From: an uncultured Thermoleophilia bacterium
Lineage (GTDB): Bacteria; Actinomycetota; Thermoleophilia; UBA2241
Length of the DNA: 64,000 nucleotides
Assembly: GCA_963715985.1 (NCBI GenBank)
Contig: CAVQSP010000014.1
Location: 576,001 to 640,000, forward strand
Direction of reading: 5' to 3'
The notes beneath the pieces are model-generated. The model had not been told where the DNA came from, ran no database searches, and saw only the letters and a list, made by a program, of their open reading frames with translations. The translations under genes were made by a program, and so were the position numbers. Below are positions 20,825 through 30,344 of the stretch, one piece after another; position 1 is the stretch's first letter, and each line of letters opens with the position of its first letter.

Positions 20825-21679
20825 ATGAAGCTCACACCGCTGGACATCCGCCACAAGGAGTTCAAGCGCGCCATGCGCGGCTACGCCGACGTCGAGGTGG
20901 ACGAGTTCCTGGACGAGGTGGCCGACGAGTTCGAGCGCGTCTTCAAGGAGAACATCGACCTGCGGGAGCGTGTGGAGGGCCTCGAAGAGCAGGTCGCCAA
21001 CTACCGGCGCATGGAGGAGGCTCTCCAGAAGACCCTGATCTCCGCGCAGGCCAGCGCCGACGAGCTCAAGCAGAGCAGCGCCAAGGAGGCCCAGCTCATC
21101 GTGCACGAAGGAGAGTTGCAGGCTCGCCAGCTCGTCAACGAAGCGTACACGGAACGGCAGGGCGTGGAGCAGGCCACGGCGAGACTGCGCAGCGCAGAGC
21201 AGGACTTCCGCTTCAAGTTCAAGCAGCTGCTCCAGGGCTATCTCAATCACATCGAGCACGACTCCGAGCGCATCGTGCCGGAGGCGGCCGAGGAGCCGGA
21301 CAAGGCCGATTTCGCTCGCCAGGCGGAAGCCGTCAAGCAGGCTATCGAGCGTGAGGGTGCGCCGGCGACGCCGGAGGACGCTGAACTTGCGGCGGAGCCG
21401 GCGGCCGCCGAACCCCCGGTGGATGATCTTGCGGCCGAGGCTGCCCTCGCGCCGGATGCGAAGGCGCCGGACACCGAGGAGCGGGAGCCCCTCCTGCCCA
21501 GCCCTGACGAGGTGACGGCCGGGCACATCGCCGAGTATGTGCCTCCGGCCGACCCGCCGGCGGCGCCGGGCCCGGGCGCCAGCGCCCAGGCCGAGCGGGA
21601 GCGCACCCCGTTCGGGGAGGATGACGACCTGCTCGCCGACGTCGACAGCGGGGTGAACGAGAACGAGTTCAAGTGGTGA
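20825..21679 (+). CDS. divIVA: DivIVA-domain protein with an acidic low-complexity tail
   Basis: MKLTPLDIRHKEFKRAMRGYADVEVDEFLD, coiled coil, Ala/Pro/Glu-rich C-terminus. Confidence 0.9.
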   Translation: MKLTPLDIRHKEFKRAMRGYADVEVDEFLDEVADEFERVFKENIDLRERVEGLEEQVANYRRMEEALQKTLISAQASADELKQSSAKEAQLIVHEGELQARQLVNEAYTERQGVEQATARLRSAEQDFRFKFKQLLQGYLNHIEHDSERIVPEAAEEPDKADFARQAEAVKQAIEREGAPATPEDAELAAEPAAAEPPVDDLAAEAALAPDAKAPDTEEREPLLPSPDEVTAGHIAEYVPPADPPAAPGPGASAQAERERTPFGEDDDLLADVDSGVNENEFKW

Positions 21680-21968
21680 AGACGGGCCGCTGAGGGGCTC
21701 GGCCGCCGGCGTCGACATCGCCGTGTGGGCCTCGCCCGGGGCCAGGCGCAGCGAGCTGGCGGGCGTCGCCGAGGGCCGCCTGCGCCTGCGCCTGGCGGCC
21801 CCCGCGCACGAGGGCAGGGCGAATGCCGAGCTCGTGCGCTTCCTCGCGGGGCTGCTGGACGTGCCCAAGAGCGCCGTCACCGTGGCGGCGGGCGCGAGCA
21901 GCCGCCGCAAGCTGGTCCGCGTGGGCGGGCTTACAGTGGACGAAGCGAGGCGGAGACTCCGCCTCTGA
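21676..21968 (+). CDS. DUF167/YggU family protein (start uncertain, probable indel)
   Basis: VWASPGARRSE, LRLRLAAPAHEGRANAELVRFLA, GASSRRK. Confidence 0.85.
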
Positions 21969-21983
21969 CAGAGGGAGATCCTC

Positions 21984-22148
21984 ATGGCAAGACTCGCGTA
22001 CTGCAAGAAGTGCAGGGCGACGTACCCGCTCAACATCGTCTCCGGCGACGGCGGACGTTCGGGCAAGACCAGGGAGCCGGCGTGCCCGATGGGGCACACC
22101 GACATCGAGGAGCTGGACGCCCCGCGCAAGCCACGTGGCAAGAAGTAG
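21984..22148 (+). CDS. 54-aa zinc-ribbon-like small protein (absent from the ORF track)
   Basis: GAGGGAG RBS; MARLAYCKKCRATYPLNIVSGDGGRSGKTREPACPMGHTDIEELDAPRKPRGKK; fills the yggU-lspA gap and overlaps the lspA start. Confidence 0.7.
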   Translation: MARLAYCKKCRATYPLNIVSGDGGRSGKTREPACPMGHTDIEELDAPRKPRGKK

Positions 22149-22584
22149 TAGCAGGCTCGGCGCGGCTCTGGCGGTCGCGGCGGGCGTGCTCGTCGCCGAC
22201 CAGATCGTCAAGTGGGTCGTGCGCGCAAACGCCGACCGTCTGCCGTACCGCATCCTCTCGTGGGTGCGAGTCGAGCTCGCCTACAACTCCGGGATCTCGT
22301 TCAGCCGCTTCGCCGGCGCCGGGTGGCTCGTCATCGCGCTCGTGGGCGCCGTTGCGGCCGGAGTCACGGTGGCGCTCTTCCTGGCGGCGCCGCGCTACCG
22401 CATCGCCCTGGGCGTGATCCTGGGAGGAGCGGTAGGCAACCTCGTCGACCGCTTCCGCTTCAGCGGCGCCGTGGCCGACTACCTGGCCGTGTGGAAGTGG
22501 CCGCCGTTCAACGTGGCCGACGCGGCCATCCTGATCGGCACCGTGCTGCTGGTCATCCAGGTGCTGCGTGCCACCCGGGAGTAG
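22135..22584 (+). CDS. lspA: Lipoprotein signal peptidase II
   Basis: ADQIVK, YNSGISFS, GGAVGNLVDR, GAVADY, FNVAD. Confidence 0.93.
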   Translation: MARSSSRLGAALAVAAGVLVADQIVKWVVRANADRLPYRILSWVRVELAYNSGISFSRFAGAGWLVIALVGAVAAGVTVALFLAAPRYRIALGVILGGAVGNLVDRFRFSGAVADYLAVWKWPPFNVADAAILIGTVLLVIQVLRATRE

Positions 22585-23500
22585 AGAGCGCTCCGGCCGG
22601 TTCAGTGTGCGCGCCGAAGAGGCCGGCACGCGCCTGGACGTCGTCCTGGCGGCGCGCGTCGGCCTCTCGCGTTCCGCCGCTCAGAAGCTCATCGATGAAG
22701 GGCGTGTCGCACTCGGCGGCGGCGCCGTGCGCAAGCGCCACGAGGTGAGCGCCGGCGACGAGGTGACGTGGGAGCTCGGCCCGGAGCCCGTCCCCCTGGA
22801 GCCCGAGGCCGTTCCCTACGCCCTGGTCTACGAGGACGACTGGCTGCTCGTCGTGGACAAGCCGGCGGGTGTGGTGGTGCACCCGGCGCCGGGCCACGAG
22901 CACGGCACTCTGGCCCAAGGCCTGGTGGAGCGGGGGGCGCACGGCGGCCATGAGAAGCGTCCGGGCATCGTGCACCGCCTCGACAAGGACACGTCGGGGC
23001 TCCTCATCGTGGCAAAGCGCGAGGATGCCTACACCGCCCTGGTCGCGGCTATGGAGCGGCGAGACATCGCCCGCGTGTACGTCACGCTGCTCCGCGGCGA
23101 GCTTCCCCAAGACGAGGGTGTGATCGATGCGCCCATCGGCCGCCACGTCCGCGACCGCACGCGCATGTCTCTGCACACCACGGCCGGCAAGCGCGCCGTG
23201 ACGCACTTCCGCGTGCTGGCGCGGGTGCCCGGGTTCTCGCTGGTCCGCGTGCAGCTGGAGACCGGCCGTACGCACCAGATCCGCGTGCACTTCGCGGCGC
23301 TCGGCTACCCCGTGGCCGGCGACGTCCAGTACGGGCGGCGGGAGCGCCCGGAGGGGCTCGACCGCCAGTTCCTGCACGCCGCCCGTCTCGCCTTTCCACA
23401 TCCGGAGGACGGGCGGCAGCTGAGCTTCGTCAGCCCGCTGCCGCCCGAGCTCGCGGCGTTTCTCGAGAGCCTGGGGCTGCCCCTCAGCCCACTCGCCTGA
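22568..23500 (+). CDS. rluD: RluA/RluD family pseudouridine synthase
   Basis: S4 domain RLDVVLA; VDKPAGVVVHP, IVHRLDKDTSG, LETGRTHQIRVH, FLHA. Confidence 0.93.
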   Translation: MPPGSRERSGRFSVRAEEAGTRLDVVLAARVGLSRSAAQKLIDEGRVALGGGAVRKRHEVSAGDEVTWELGPEPVPLEPEAVPYALVYEDDWLLVVDKPAGVVVHPAPGHEHGTLAQGLVERGAHGGHEKRPGIVHRLDKDTSGLLIVAKREDAYTALVAAMERRDIARVYVTLLRGELPQDEGVIDAPIGRHVRDRTRMSLHTTAGKRAVTHFRVLARVPGFSLVRVQLETGRTHQIRVHFAALGYPVAGDVQYGRRERPEGLDRQFLHAARLAFPHPEDGRQLSFVSPLPPELAAFLESLGLPLSPLA

Positions 23501-23583
23501 GTGCGACGGGGCCCCCAACGGCCTCGCCGCTGCCCCGCGCAGCGGGGGCGCCGGCCGGCGGTCGCGCCGCTCTGGCCGGCTTC

Positions 23584-23644
23584 TTGACACGTTCCCAGAC
23601 GTCCGCATACCGTTCACATCCCAAGCGTATACATCGGCGTCTGC
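23584..23644 (+). promoter_or_regulatory. sigma70 promoter P1 of the island with phased operator heptamers
   Basis: TTGACA-N18-TACCGT; CGCATAC (23604), CACATCC (23615), CGTATAC (23626). Confidence 0.65.
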
Positions 23645-23703
23645 TGAAGGTCCTACCCGCTGCTGGAACTCCTGCGCGTGGAGAGAGGAGTGCCCCGGAT
23701 CCA

Positions 23704-25077
23704 ATGAAGAGCGACGCTACTCTTGAGCGCATGCTCGGCGCGCGGCGCGTCGCGGTGGTCGGGGCCTCTACCGACTCCACGAAGTTCGGCCACTTCCTCT
23801 TGCGGTCGCTCATCAGCGGTGGGTTCAGCGGCGAGATCTTCCCTGTGAATCCGCGAGCAGACGAGATCTGCGGCCTGAGGTGCTATGCGAGCCTCGCGGA
23901 CATCCCTGGAACGCTGGACCTTGTCGTCGTCATCGTCCCCTCGCACGCGGTGCTCGGCCTCGTCGAACAGGCGGCGGACAAAGGCGCGGCCGGCCTGTTC
24001 GTGATCAGTGGCGGCTTCAAGGAGTCCGGGCGGCCGGACCTGGAACGCGCCCTCGTCGACGCGGCTCGGGCGCGAGGCCTGCGCTTCTTCGGGCCCAACA
24101 CCCAGGGCATCGCCTATGCTGCCAACCGGCTCTCGGCCGTCTTCTGGCCGGTGCTCACCACGCCGGGACCGGTGGCCGTGGTCGGCCAGAGCGGCACGGT
24201 CGTCGCCGCGATCACCGACTGGGCTCAAGACGAGGGCCTGGGGGTGAGCGCTTCGGTGAGTCTGGGCAACCAGGCCGACGTCTGCGAGTCCGACGTGCTC
24301 CGCTTCCTCGACGACGACCCGGGCACGCGGTCCGTCGCCCTCTACCTCGAGGGCGTCGGTGACGGGCCGCGTTTCGTCGCGGCACTTCAGGACGTCGCCA
24401 CACGCTTGCCGATCGTGGTGCTGAAGTGCGGACGCTCACCGCGCGGTCGTGAGGCCGTGGCGTCTCACACCGGCTCACTGGCCGGTTCCGACGAGGTCTT
24501 CTCGGGGCTGTGCCGCCAGTTCGGCGTGGTTCGCGCCGCCGACACGGAGGCTTTGTACGACGACGCCAAGATCCTCGCGACCATGCCGCTGCCGGCCGGC
24601 AACCGGGTCCTGATGATGTCGTCTTCCGGCGGGAGCTGCGCGCTGGCTGCCGACGAGGCCGACGTCCGCGGCCTGGAGCTGCCGGCGCCGACGGCCGCCT
24701 TCGTCGCGGCCCTCAGGGACCTGGAGCTCCCCGAGTGGGGGTCCTTCGCCAACCCGCTCGATCTCGGCGGCGTGTCCCTCGAGGGCTTTCGCGCAGCGGT
24801 CGAGCTGGCCGACGCCAGCGGGCTCTACGACGTGATCCTGCTCGTGTTCGGCGACCCTATCCCCGGTGCCGACGAGCTCGCGCTGGAGCTTGCGGGCACG
24901 ACGAAGGCGAGGATCTGCGCGGCCATCTTCGGCGGCGCGGCCGTCGAGAGCGAGCAGCGCTGGACCATGCAGCGTGGCGGCGTGCCGGTGTTCCCCTCTC
25001 CGGAGCGGGCGATCAGAGCCATCGGCGCGAGCTGCTGGTATGCCGCACGCCGGCGCGAGCTGGAGGCCCGGTCGTGA
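23704..25077 (+). CDS. ADP-forming acyl/acetyl-CoA synthetase alpha subunit
   Basis: VAVVGAS, FPVNP, GPNTQG, QSG, SLGNQAD, LYLEG, phosphorylatable SHTGSLAG, SSGG, NPLDL. Confidence 0.9.
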   Translation: MKSDATLERMLGARRVAVVGASTDSTKFGHFLLRSLISGGFSGEIFPVNPRADEICGLRCYASLADIPGTLDLVVVIVPSHAVLGLVEQAADKGAAGLFVISGGFKESGRPDLERALVDAARARGLRFFGPNTQGIAYAANRLSAVFWPVLTTPGPVAVVGQSGTVVAAITDWAQDEGLGVSASVSLGNQADVCESDVLRFLDDDPGTRSVALYLEGVGDGPRFVAALQDVATRLPIVVLKCGRSPRGREAVASHTGSLAGSDEVFSGLCRQFGVVRAADTEALYDDAKILATMPLPAGNRVLMMSSSGGSCALAADEADVRGLELPAPTAAFVAALRDLELPEWGSFANPLDLGGVSLEGFRAAVELADASGLYDVILLVFGDPIPGADELALELAGTTKARICAAIFGGAAVESEQRWTMQRGGVPVFPSPERAIRAIGASCWYAARRRELEARS

Positions 25078-25821
25078 GTGTGGAACGCCCCCGGGGCTCG
25101 CACCTTCTCTCCGAACCGGAGGCGGCCGTCCTCCTCGGCGACTACGGCATCACGTACGTCAGCCCACGAGGTGGCGACCTCGGCGGAGGCAGCCGGTCGG
25201 GCGGCCGCGCGCGTCGGCTTCCCCGTCGTGCTCAAGATCCTGTCTCCGGACGTCGTCCACAAGAGCGACGTGGGGGGCGTGGTGATCGGACTGGCGAACG
25301 CGGAGGCTGTCCACGTCGCCTTCGACGCCCTCATGGCGGCCGTGCGGGCCAGCCTTCCTGAAGCCGACCTGCTGGGCGCGCTGGTGTGCCGCCAGGAGCG
25401 CGGCGGTGCCGAGATGATCGTCGGTGCCCTACGCGATCCCACGTTCGGCCCGACGGTGATGCTCGGCGCCGGCGGGGTGCTCACGGAAGTCCTCGGCGAC
25501 GTGGTCTTCCGCCTCGCACCGCTTCATCAGGGCGACGCCTTGGACATGCTCCGTGAGCTGCGTGCCTTCACGATGCTCACGGGCTTCCGCGGTTCGCCGC
25601 CGGCCGATCTGGACGCCCTGGCCGCGACCGCCGTGAGGCTCGGCGACCTGATGTGCGACCGTCCCGACATCGCCGAGGTCGACCTGAACCCGGTGCTGGC
25701 GTCGGCGGCAGGGTGCATCGCCCTGGATGCCAGGATCGTCCTCGCCGGAGCGCGCCCCGTGGATGAGGGGCCAGAGCGAGAGTCCGATGGGCCGACAGCG
25801 AATGGAGACGGAACGAGATGA
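25074..25821 (+). CDS. ADP-forming acyl-CoA synthetase beta (ATP-grasp) subunit (frameshift near 25160)
   Basis: LLSEPEAAVLLGDYGI; GFPVVLKILSPDVVHKSDVGGV, DPTFGP, EVDLNP, ALDARI. Confidence 0.9.
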
Positions 25822-26483
25822 CGGCTGCCAAATCACCGCGGATCGCCGAGCAGCGCGGTCGAACCAGCGATCGCGTGCTGATGGACCTGCGACGCATGAT
25901 CCTCACGCAGGAGCTGCCGCCCGGTTCGGTGGTCACGGAGGCGAGCCTCGTCGAGGTCCTGGACTGCTCGCGCACGCCGCTTCGTGAGGCGCTGCAACGC
26001 CTGAGCCACGATCATCTTGTGGTCGCAGTCCCCGGCCGTGGCGTCTCGATCTCCGACCTCGGCATCGTCCAGTTCGGCGTCGTGCTCGAGGCCGAGATCG
26101 CCGTGGAGAGCTCCCTCGTGCGACTGGCCGCTGAGCGCATCTCCGACGAGACCCTGGCGCATGTGGATGAGCTCCTGCAGCGGTCGCGGGCGGCCGCGGC
26201 GGTCGGCGACGTCCCCGAGGTCGTCGATTGCGACTACCTCTTCCACACCATGTGGGGGGCAGCGGCGGGCAATCACCTCCTGCTCGAGTTCCAGATGATG
26301 CTCTTGCGCTTGCTGGCGCGCTACGTGTACCTCGGGTTCAAACGCGCCGGCAATCCTGAGGGGGCGATCAGCGATCACACGCGGGTCTACGAGGCGCTGT
26401 GCCGTCGCGACGCCGACGCCGCCGAGGCGGCCATCCGCGCTCACATCGCCAACGGTCGCGAGCGCATGCGCAGCGCGCTTTGA
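25818..26483 (+). CDS. GntR family regulator (FCD domain)
   Basis: LRRMILTQELPPG, SRTPLREALQRL, DYLFH...AAGN, DH...AIRAHI. Confidence 0.92.
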   Translation: MTAAKSPRIAEQRGRTSDRVLMDLRRMILTQELPPGSVVTEASLVEVLDCSRTPLREALQRLSHDHLVVAVPGRGVSISDLGIVQFGVVLEAEIAVESSLVRLAAERISDETLAHVDELLQRSRAAAAVGDVPEVVDCDYLFHTMWGAAAGNHLLLEFQMMLLRLLARYVYLGFKRAGNPEGAISDHTRVYEALCRRDADAAEAAIRAHIANGRERMRSAL

Positions 26484-26532
26484 TGACATGTGTGAGGGGC
26501 GTGGATACACCTTCGACAGCCCTCCCGGCACC

Positions 26533-26574
26533 TTGAACCTTTCTTCGGGGGAGCCTACTGTGCCGCACACATAC
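26533..26574 (+). promoter_or_regulatory. sigma70 promoter P2 with a heptamer at the predicted start site
   Basis: TTGAAC-N17-TACTGT, then CACATAC 6 nt downstream. Confidence 0.6.
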
Positions 26575-26666
26575 CGCTCGCTGCACGCACGTGACTGCGG
26601 ACGGCGCGCGTTGGCTCGGCGAAGTCGCCGCCAGTTCCTGGCAGAGATCGGCAGACAGGGGGAGAG

Positions 26667-27893
26667 ATGAGAATCAACCGGTGGATGGTCTGGGCCGCGT
26701 GCATCGTTCTGGTGGCGGGTCTCAGCATGGCCTTGGCGAGTTGCGGATCCTCGGACACGAGCTCCGAGCCGACGGGCAGCAGCAGCGGCAGCACCGAGCC
26801 CATCGCCATCGGCGCCGCGATGGGGTTCACCAGCTTCATGGTGACGTGGGACGGTCCGGTGTTCGCGGCCGCGCAGCTCGCCGTCGAGGACACCAACGCG
26901 GCGGGCGGCGTCCTCGGCAGGCAGCTCGAGCTGGTCAAGGCGGACACCAAGTCTGACCCGGCGGTGGCGCCTCTCGCCGCGAGCCAGGTCCTGGACAGCG
27001 GAGCGCAGTCGCTCATCGTGTCGACTGACTTCGACGCCGGCAGTCCGGCCGCTCTCGTCGCCCAGAGCCAGGGCAAGATCTCCAGCTCCGGTGCGATCTC
27101 CCCGAAGTTCGGGGTGCAGGGAGTGGGCGACATGGCCTACTCCTTCAGCGACAGCTCTACCACCGAGGGTGCAGTCGGCGCGCAGTTCGCCTACAACAAG
27201 GGCTGGAAGAACGCGTACATCCTGACAGACGTCACGGTCGCCGCCGAGCGCGACTTCAGCAAGTACTTCACCGAGTCCTTCGTCAAGCTCGGCGGCAAGG
27301 TCATCGCCGAGGACTCCTTCAAGAACGACGACCAGTCGATCGCCGCCCAGATCACGCACTTCAAGTCCCTCTCGCCCCAGCCCGACATGATGGTGCTGGC
27401 GTCGTATGCCCCCGGAGGGCCCGCAGCGCTTCGACAGATCAGGGCCGCCGGGATCGACGTTCCCGTCGTCGGCGCCGACGACTGGGACGGTGTCTTCTGG
27501 CTCGACGCCGTGCCGGGCGTCAAGGACGTGTACGGGGTCGTTCCCGCGTCTCAGTTCGGCGACGATCCCAATCCGGCTGTCAATGAGTTCTTCGCCCGTC
27601 TGAGCAAGTCCCTGGGCAAGGACTTCGTCGACTCCTCTCTGGCCATCGGTGGATACTGCTGGATCCAGGTGTACGCGAATGCCGTCGAGAAGGCCGGAGG
27701 CGACGATCCGCAGGCGGTCAAGAAGGCCCTGGACGCCACGACGGACTTCCCGGCGCTGTCGGGCCCCTACACCTACACGCCCGAGGACCACATCCTCTAC
27801 GGTCGCCCCATGACGATCATCGGCTTCTGGGACGGCACCGGTCACTTCGTCGAGCGCGTGACGCCCACGTACGTGCCCGAGTACCAGTTCTGA
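26667..27893 (+). CDS. ABC substrate-binding lipoprotein, LivK family
   Basis: Signal peptide with LASC lipobox; AVEDTNAAGGVLGRQLELVKADTKSDP. Confidence 0.9.
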   Translation: MRINRWMVWAACIVLVAGLSMALASCGSSDTSSEPTGSSSGSTEPIAIGAAMGFTSFMVTWDGPVFAAAQLAVEDTNAAGGVLGRQLELVKADTKSDPAVAPLAASQVLDSGAQSLIVSTDFDAGSPAALVAQSQGKISSSGAISPKFGVQGVGDMAYSFSDSSTTEGAVGAQFAYNKGWKNAYILTDVTVAAERDFSKYFTESFVKLGGKVIAEDSFKNDDQSIAAQITHFKSLSPQPDMMVLASYAPGGPAALRQIRAAGIDVPVVGADDWDGVFWLDAVPGVKDVYGVVPASQFGDDPNPAVNEFFARLSKSLGKDFVDSSLAIGGYCWIQVYANAVEKAGGDDPQAVKKALDATTDFPALSGPYTYTPEDHILYGRPMTIIGFWDGTGHFVERVTPTYVPEYQF

Positions 27894-27902
27894 CGTGACA
27901 CT

Positions 27903-27940
27903 GTGCGGCCCGGCGCTGACCGCGCCGCGCCGGGCCGCAC
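27903..27940 (+). terminator. Hairpin after the SBP gene (mRNA stabiliser or partial terminator)
   Basis: Perfect 14-bp stem GTGCGGCCCGGCGC / GCGCCGGGCCGCAC with a 10-nt loop. Confidence 0.55.
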
Positions 27941-28010
27941 ATCGCTCCCCGGCAGGCGAGAGGGAGATGTGGCGGCGCGGCTGCTGTGATGCCTTTGCAG
28001 GAAGGATGAG

Positions 28011-28733
28011 GTGGCAGACGTCTCGGTAGAATGCGTAAGCGTGGTCTTCGAGGGACTTGTCGCGGTCCGTGATGTCGATCTGGTCCTGGAGAAAGGCGAG
28101 ATCGTCGGGCTCATCGGCCCCAACGGCGCCGGCAAGACAACGCTGGTCAACGTGATGAGCGGCTTCCAGCGGCCCACGAGTGGAAGCGTCCACGTGTCTG
28201 GTGAGCGCATCGCAGAGTGGGTCCCGGAACGCTTCGTCAAGATGGGGGTCGCACGTACGTTTCAGGGCGGCAGGCCGTTCAAGGGCCTCACGGTCAGAGA
28301 GAACGTGGAACTCGGTGCGGTCGGTGCCGGCGCCCGTGCCCGGGCTGCCCGCGCGCTCGCCCGCGAGCTCATGGAGGTGCTCGACCTCGCGGATCACGCC
28401 AACGAGCTCTCCGGAGCGCTGCCCTTCGGCGAGGACCGGCGGCTCGGCATCGCACGCGCCTTGGCGACCTCCCCGGAGTTCCTCCTGCTGGACGAGCCGG
28501 CCGCCGGCATGAACGACGGCGAGACCGACACCTTGGTCAAGACACTGCGCGGGCTCCAGGCGTCGCACGGGTGCGGGATGCTCGTGATCGAGCACGACAT
28601 GCGCCTCATCCGCGAACTGCCTGAGCGCATCTACGTGCTCGACCAGGGTGCGGTACTGGCCAAAGGCCCTGTAAGAGAGGTCATGGAGGACCCGGCGGTG
28701 GTGGCCGCATACCTCGGCGAAGAGAAGCTGTGA
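28011..28733 (+). CDS. ABC ATPase, LivG-like
   Basis: GPNGAGKTT, ARTFQ, LPFG, LLLDEPAAG, AYLG. Confidence 0.92.
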   Translation: MADVSVECVSVVFEGLVAVRDVDLVLEKGEIVGLIGPNGAGKTTLVNVMSGFQRPTSGSVHVSGERIAEWVPERFVKMGVARTFQGGRPFKGLTVRENVELGAVGAGARARAARALARELMEVLDLADHANELSGALPFGEDRRLGIARALATSPEFLLLDEPAAGMNDGETDTLVKTLRGLQASHGCGMLVIEHDMRLIRELPERIYVLDQGAVLAKGPVREVMEDPAVVAAYLGEEKL

Positions 28734-29463
28734 CCCCGCCCATGATCGAAGTCAGGAATCTCCGCGTCCTCTACGGGCGCACGCCCGCGCTGCAGGATGT
28801 CTCGATCAGCGTGCGCGCCGGCGAAGTGGTCGGCATCGTGGGCACCAACGGTGCCGGCAAGTCGACGCTCCTCCTCAGCATCCTCGGCGTCGTCAAGCCG
28901 GCTCACGGCGAGATCCTCCTCGACGGCACTGCCCTGACGAACGTCGCCCCCGAGGACATCGTCCGCAGGGGGGTGGCGCTGGTCCCGGAGCGCCGGCACA
29001 TCTTCCACGGGATGACGGTCGAGGAGAACCTGAGGCTGGGCGGCATCTTCAGAAAGGACAAGCAAGGGCAGCAAGCCTCGATGGCGTACGTCCTCGAGCT
29101 CTTCCCCAGACTCCGGCAGTACCTCCCGAACCGTGCCGGCGCGCTTTCTGGTGGAGAGCAGCAGATGCTGGCGCTGGGGCGTGCGCTGATGGCGGACCCG
29201 CGTCTCCTGCTGCTCGACGAACCCTCCCTCGGACTGGGCCCGCTCATCATCGACCGGCTCTTCGACGACCTGCTCCGCCTGCGCGACGGCGGACTGACGA
29301 TCCTCCTCGTGGAGCAGAGCGTGGACCGACTCCTGGCCGCCTCGGACCGCGCCTACGTGCTGCGCTCCGGCACGGTCGCCCTCAAGGTGACGCCGGCACC
29401 CTGTCCCGGGCGGATGTACAGGCCGCCTACTTCGGGCTCGAGGGAGCGGAGGCGGGATCATGA
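28730..29463 (+). CDS. ABC ATPase, LivF-like (3' frameshift)
   Basis: GTNGAGKST, LVPERRHIF, LSGGEQQM, LDEPSLGL; homology is lost after about 29390. Confidence 0.88.
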
Positions 29464-30344
29464 CGACAGTGCTTCAGTACCTCGTGGACGCCGTCACCCT
29501 GGGGTGCCTGTTTGCCCTCGCCGCCCTCGGCGTGGGAATCGTGTTCGGGGTCATGCGACTGGCCAACTTCGCCTCCGGCGAGCTCATCATGATCGGCTGC
29601 TACGCGATGTATGCCTTCACCTTCCTGCCCTGGCCGATCGCGTGGTCGCTCGCCATCGGCCTCGTCGCGGTCGTGGCGGTACTCACCGAACGCGTGGCCT
29701 TTCGACCTTTGCGCTGGGCCGATCCGTCGACGCTCCTCATCGCGTCCTTCGCCGTTGCCATCTTCCTGCAGAACGTGATCGTCCTCATCTATCACTCGAG
29801 GGCCCGAGCGGTGTCCCTTCCCCCGTTCGTCAACAGATCCCTCTCCTTGTTCGGTCTCCAAGTGCAGGTCGTCAGTGTCATGACCATCGTCATGACAGTC
29901 GTCGTCCTCCTGGCGCTCGTTGTCTTCTTCAAGAGAACGGACCTCGGTCTGCAGATGCGTGCGGCGGCGGAGGACTTCCGCATGGCGCAGCTTGTGGGGA
30001 CACGCGCCAACCGGGTGGTCGCCTCGGCGTTCGCGATCAGTGGGGTCTTGGCCTGCCTGGTCTCGATACTGCTCACCAGCCGCACCTCCACGATCACGCC
30101 GACCATGGGGCTGACCCCCATCCTCTATGCGTTCGTCGCCGTGACCATCGGCGGCCTCGGCAGTCTGATGGGTTCAGCCGTCGGCGGCTTTGTCGTCGGG
30201 TTCATCACCGTCGCCATGCAGGCGGTGCTGCCGCCGAGCATGTCGCCGTACAGAGACGCCTTCACGTTCGCGGCCGTCATCGCCATCCTGATCTTCCGGC
30301 CCCAGGGGTTGGTGTCCACCGTCAAGATCGAAGAGCGCGTGTAG
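29460..30344 (+). CDS. ABC permease, LivH-like
   Basis: FGVMRLANFASG, GLQMRAAAED, GGLGS, FRPQGL. Confidence 0.92.
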   Translation: MTTVLQYLVDAVTLGCLFALAALGVGIVFGVMRLANFASGELIMIGCYAMYAFTFLPWPIAWSLAIGLVAVVAVLTERVAFRPLRWADPSTLLIASFAVAIFLQNVIVLIYHSRARAVSLPPFVNRSLSLFGLQVQVVSVMTIVMTVVVLLALVVFFKRTDLGLQMRAAAEDFRMAQLVGTRANRVVASAFAISGVLACLVSILLTSRTSTITPTMGLTPILYAFVAVTIGGLGSLMGSAVGGFVVGFITVAMQAVLPPSMSPYRDAFTFAAVIAILIFRPQGLVSTVKIEERV

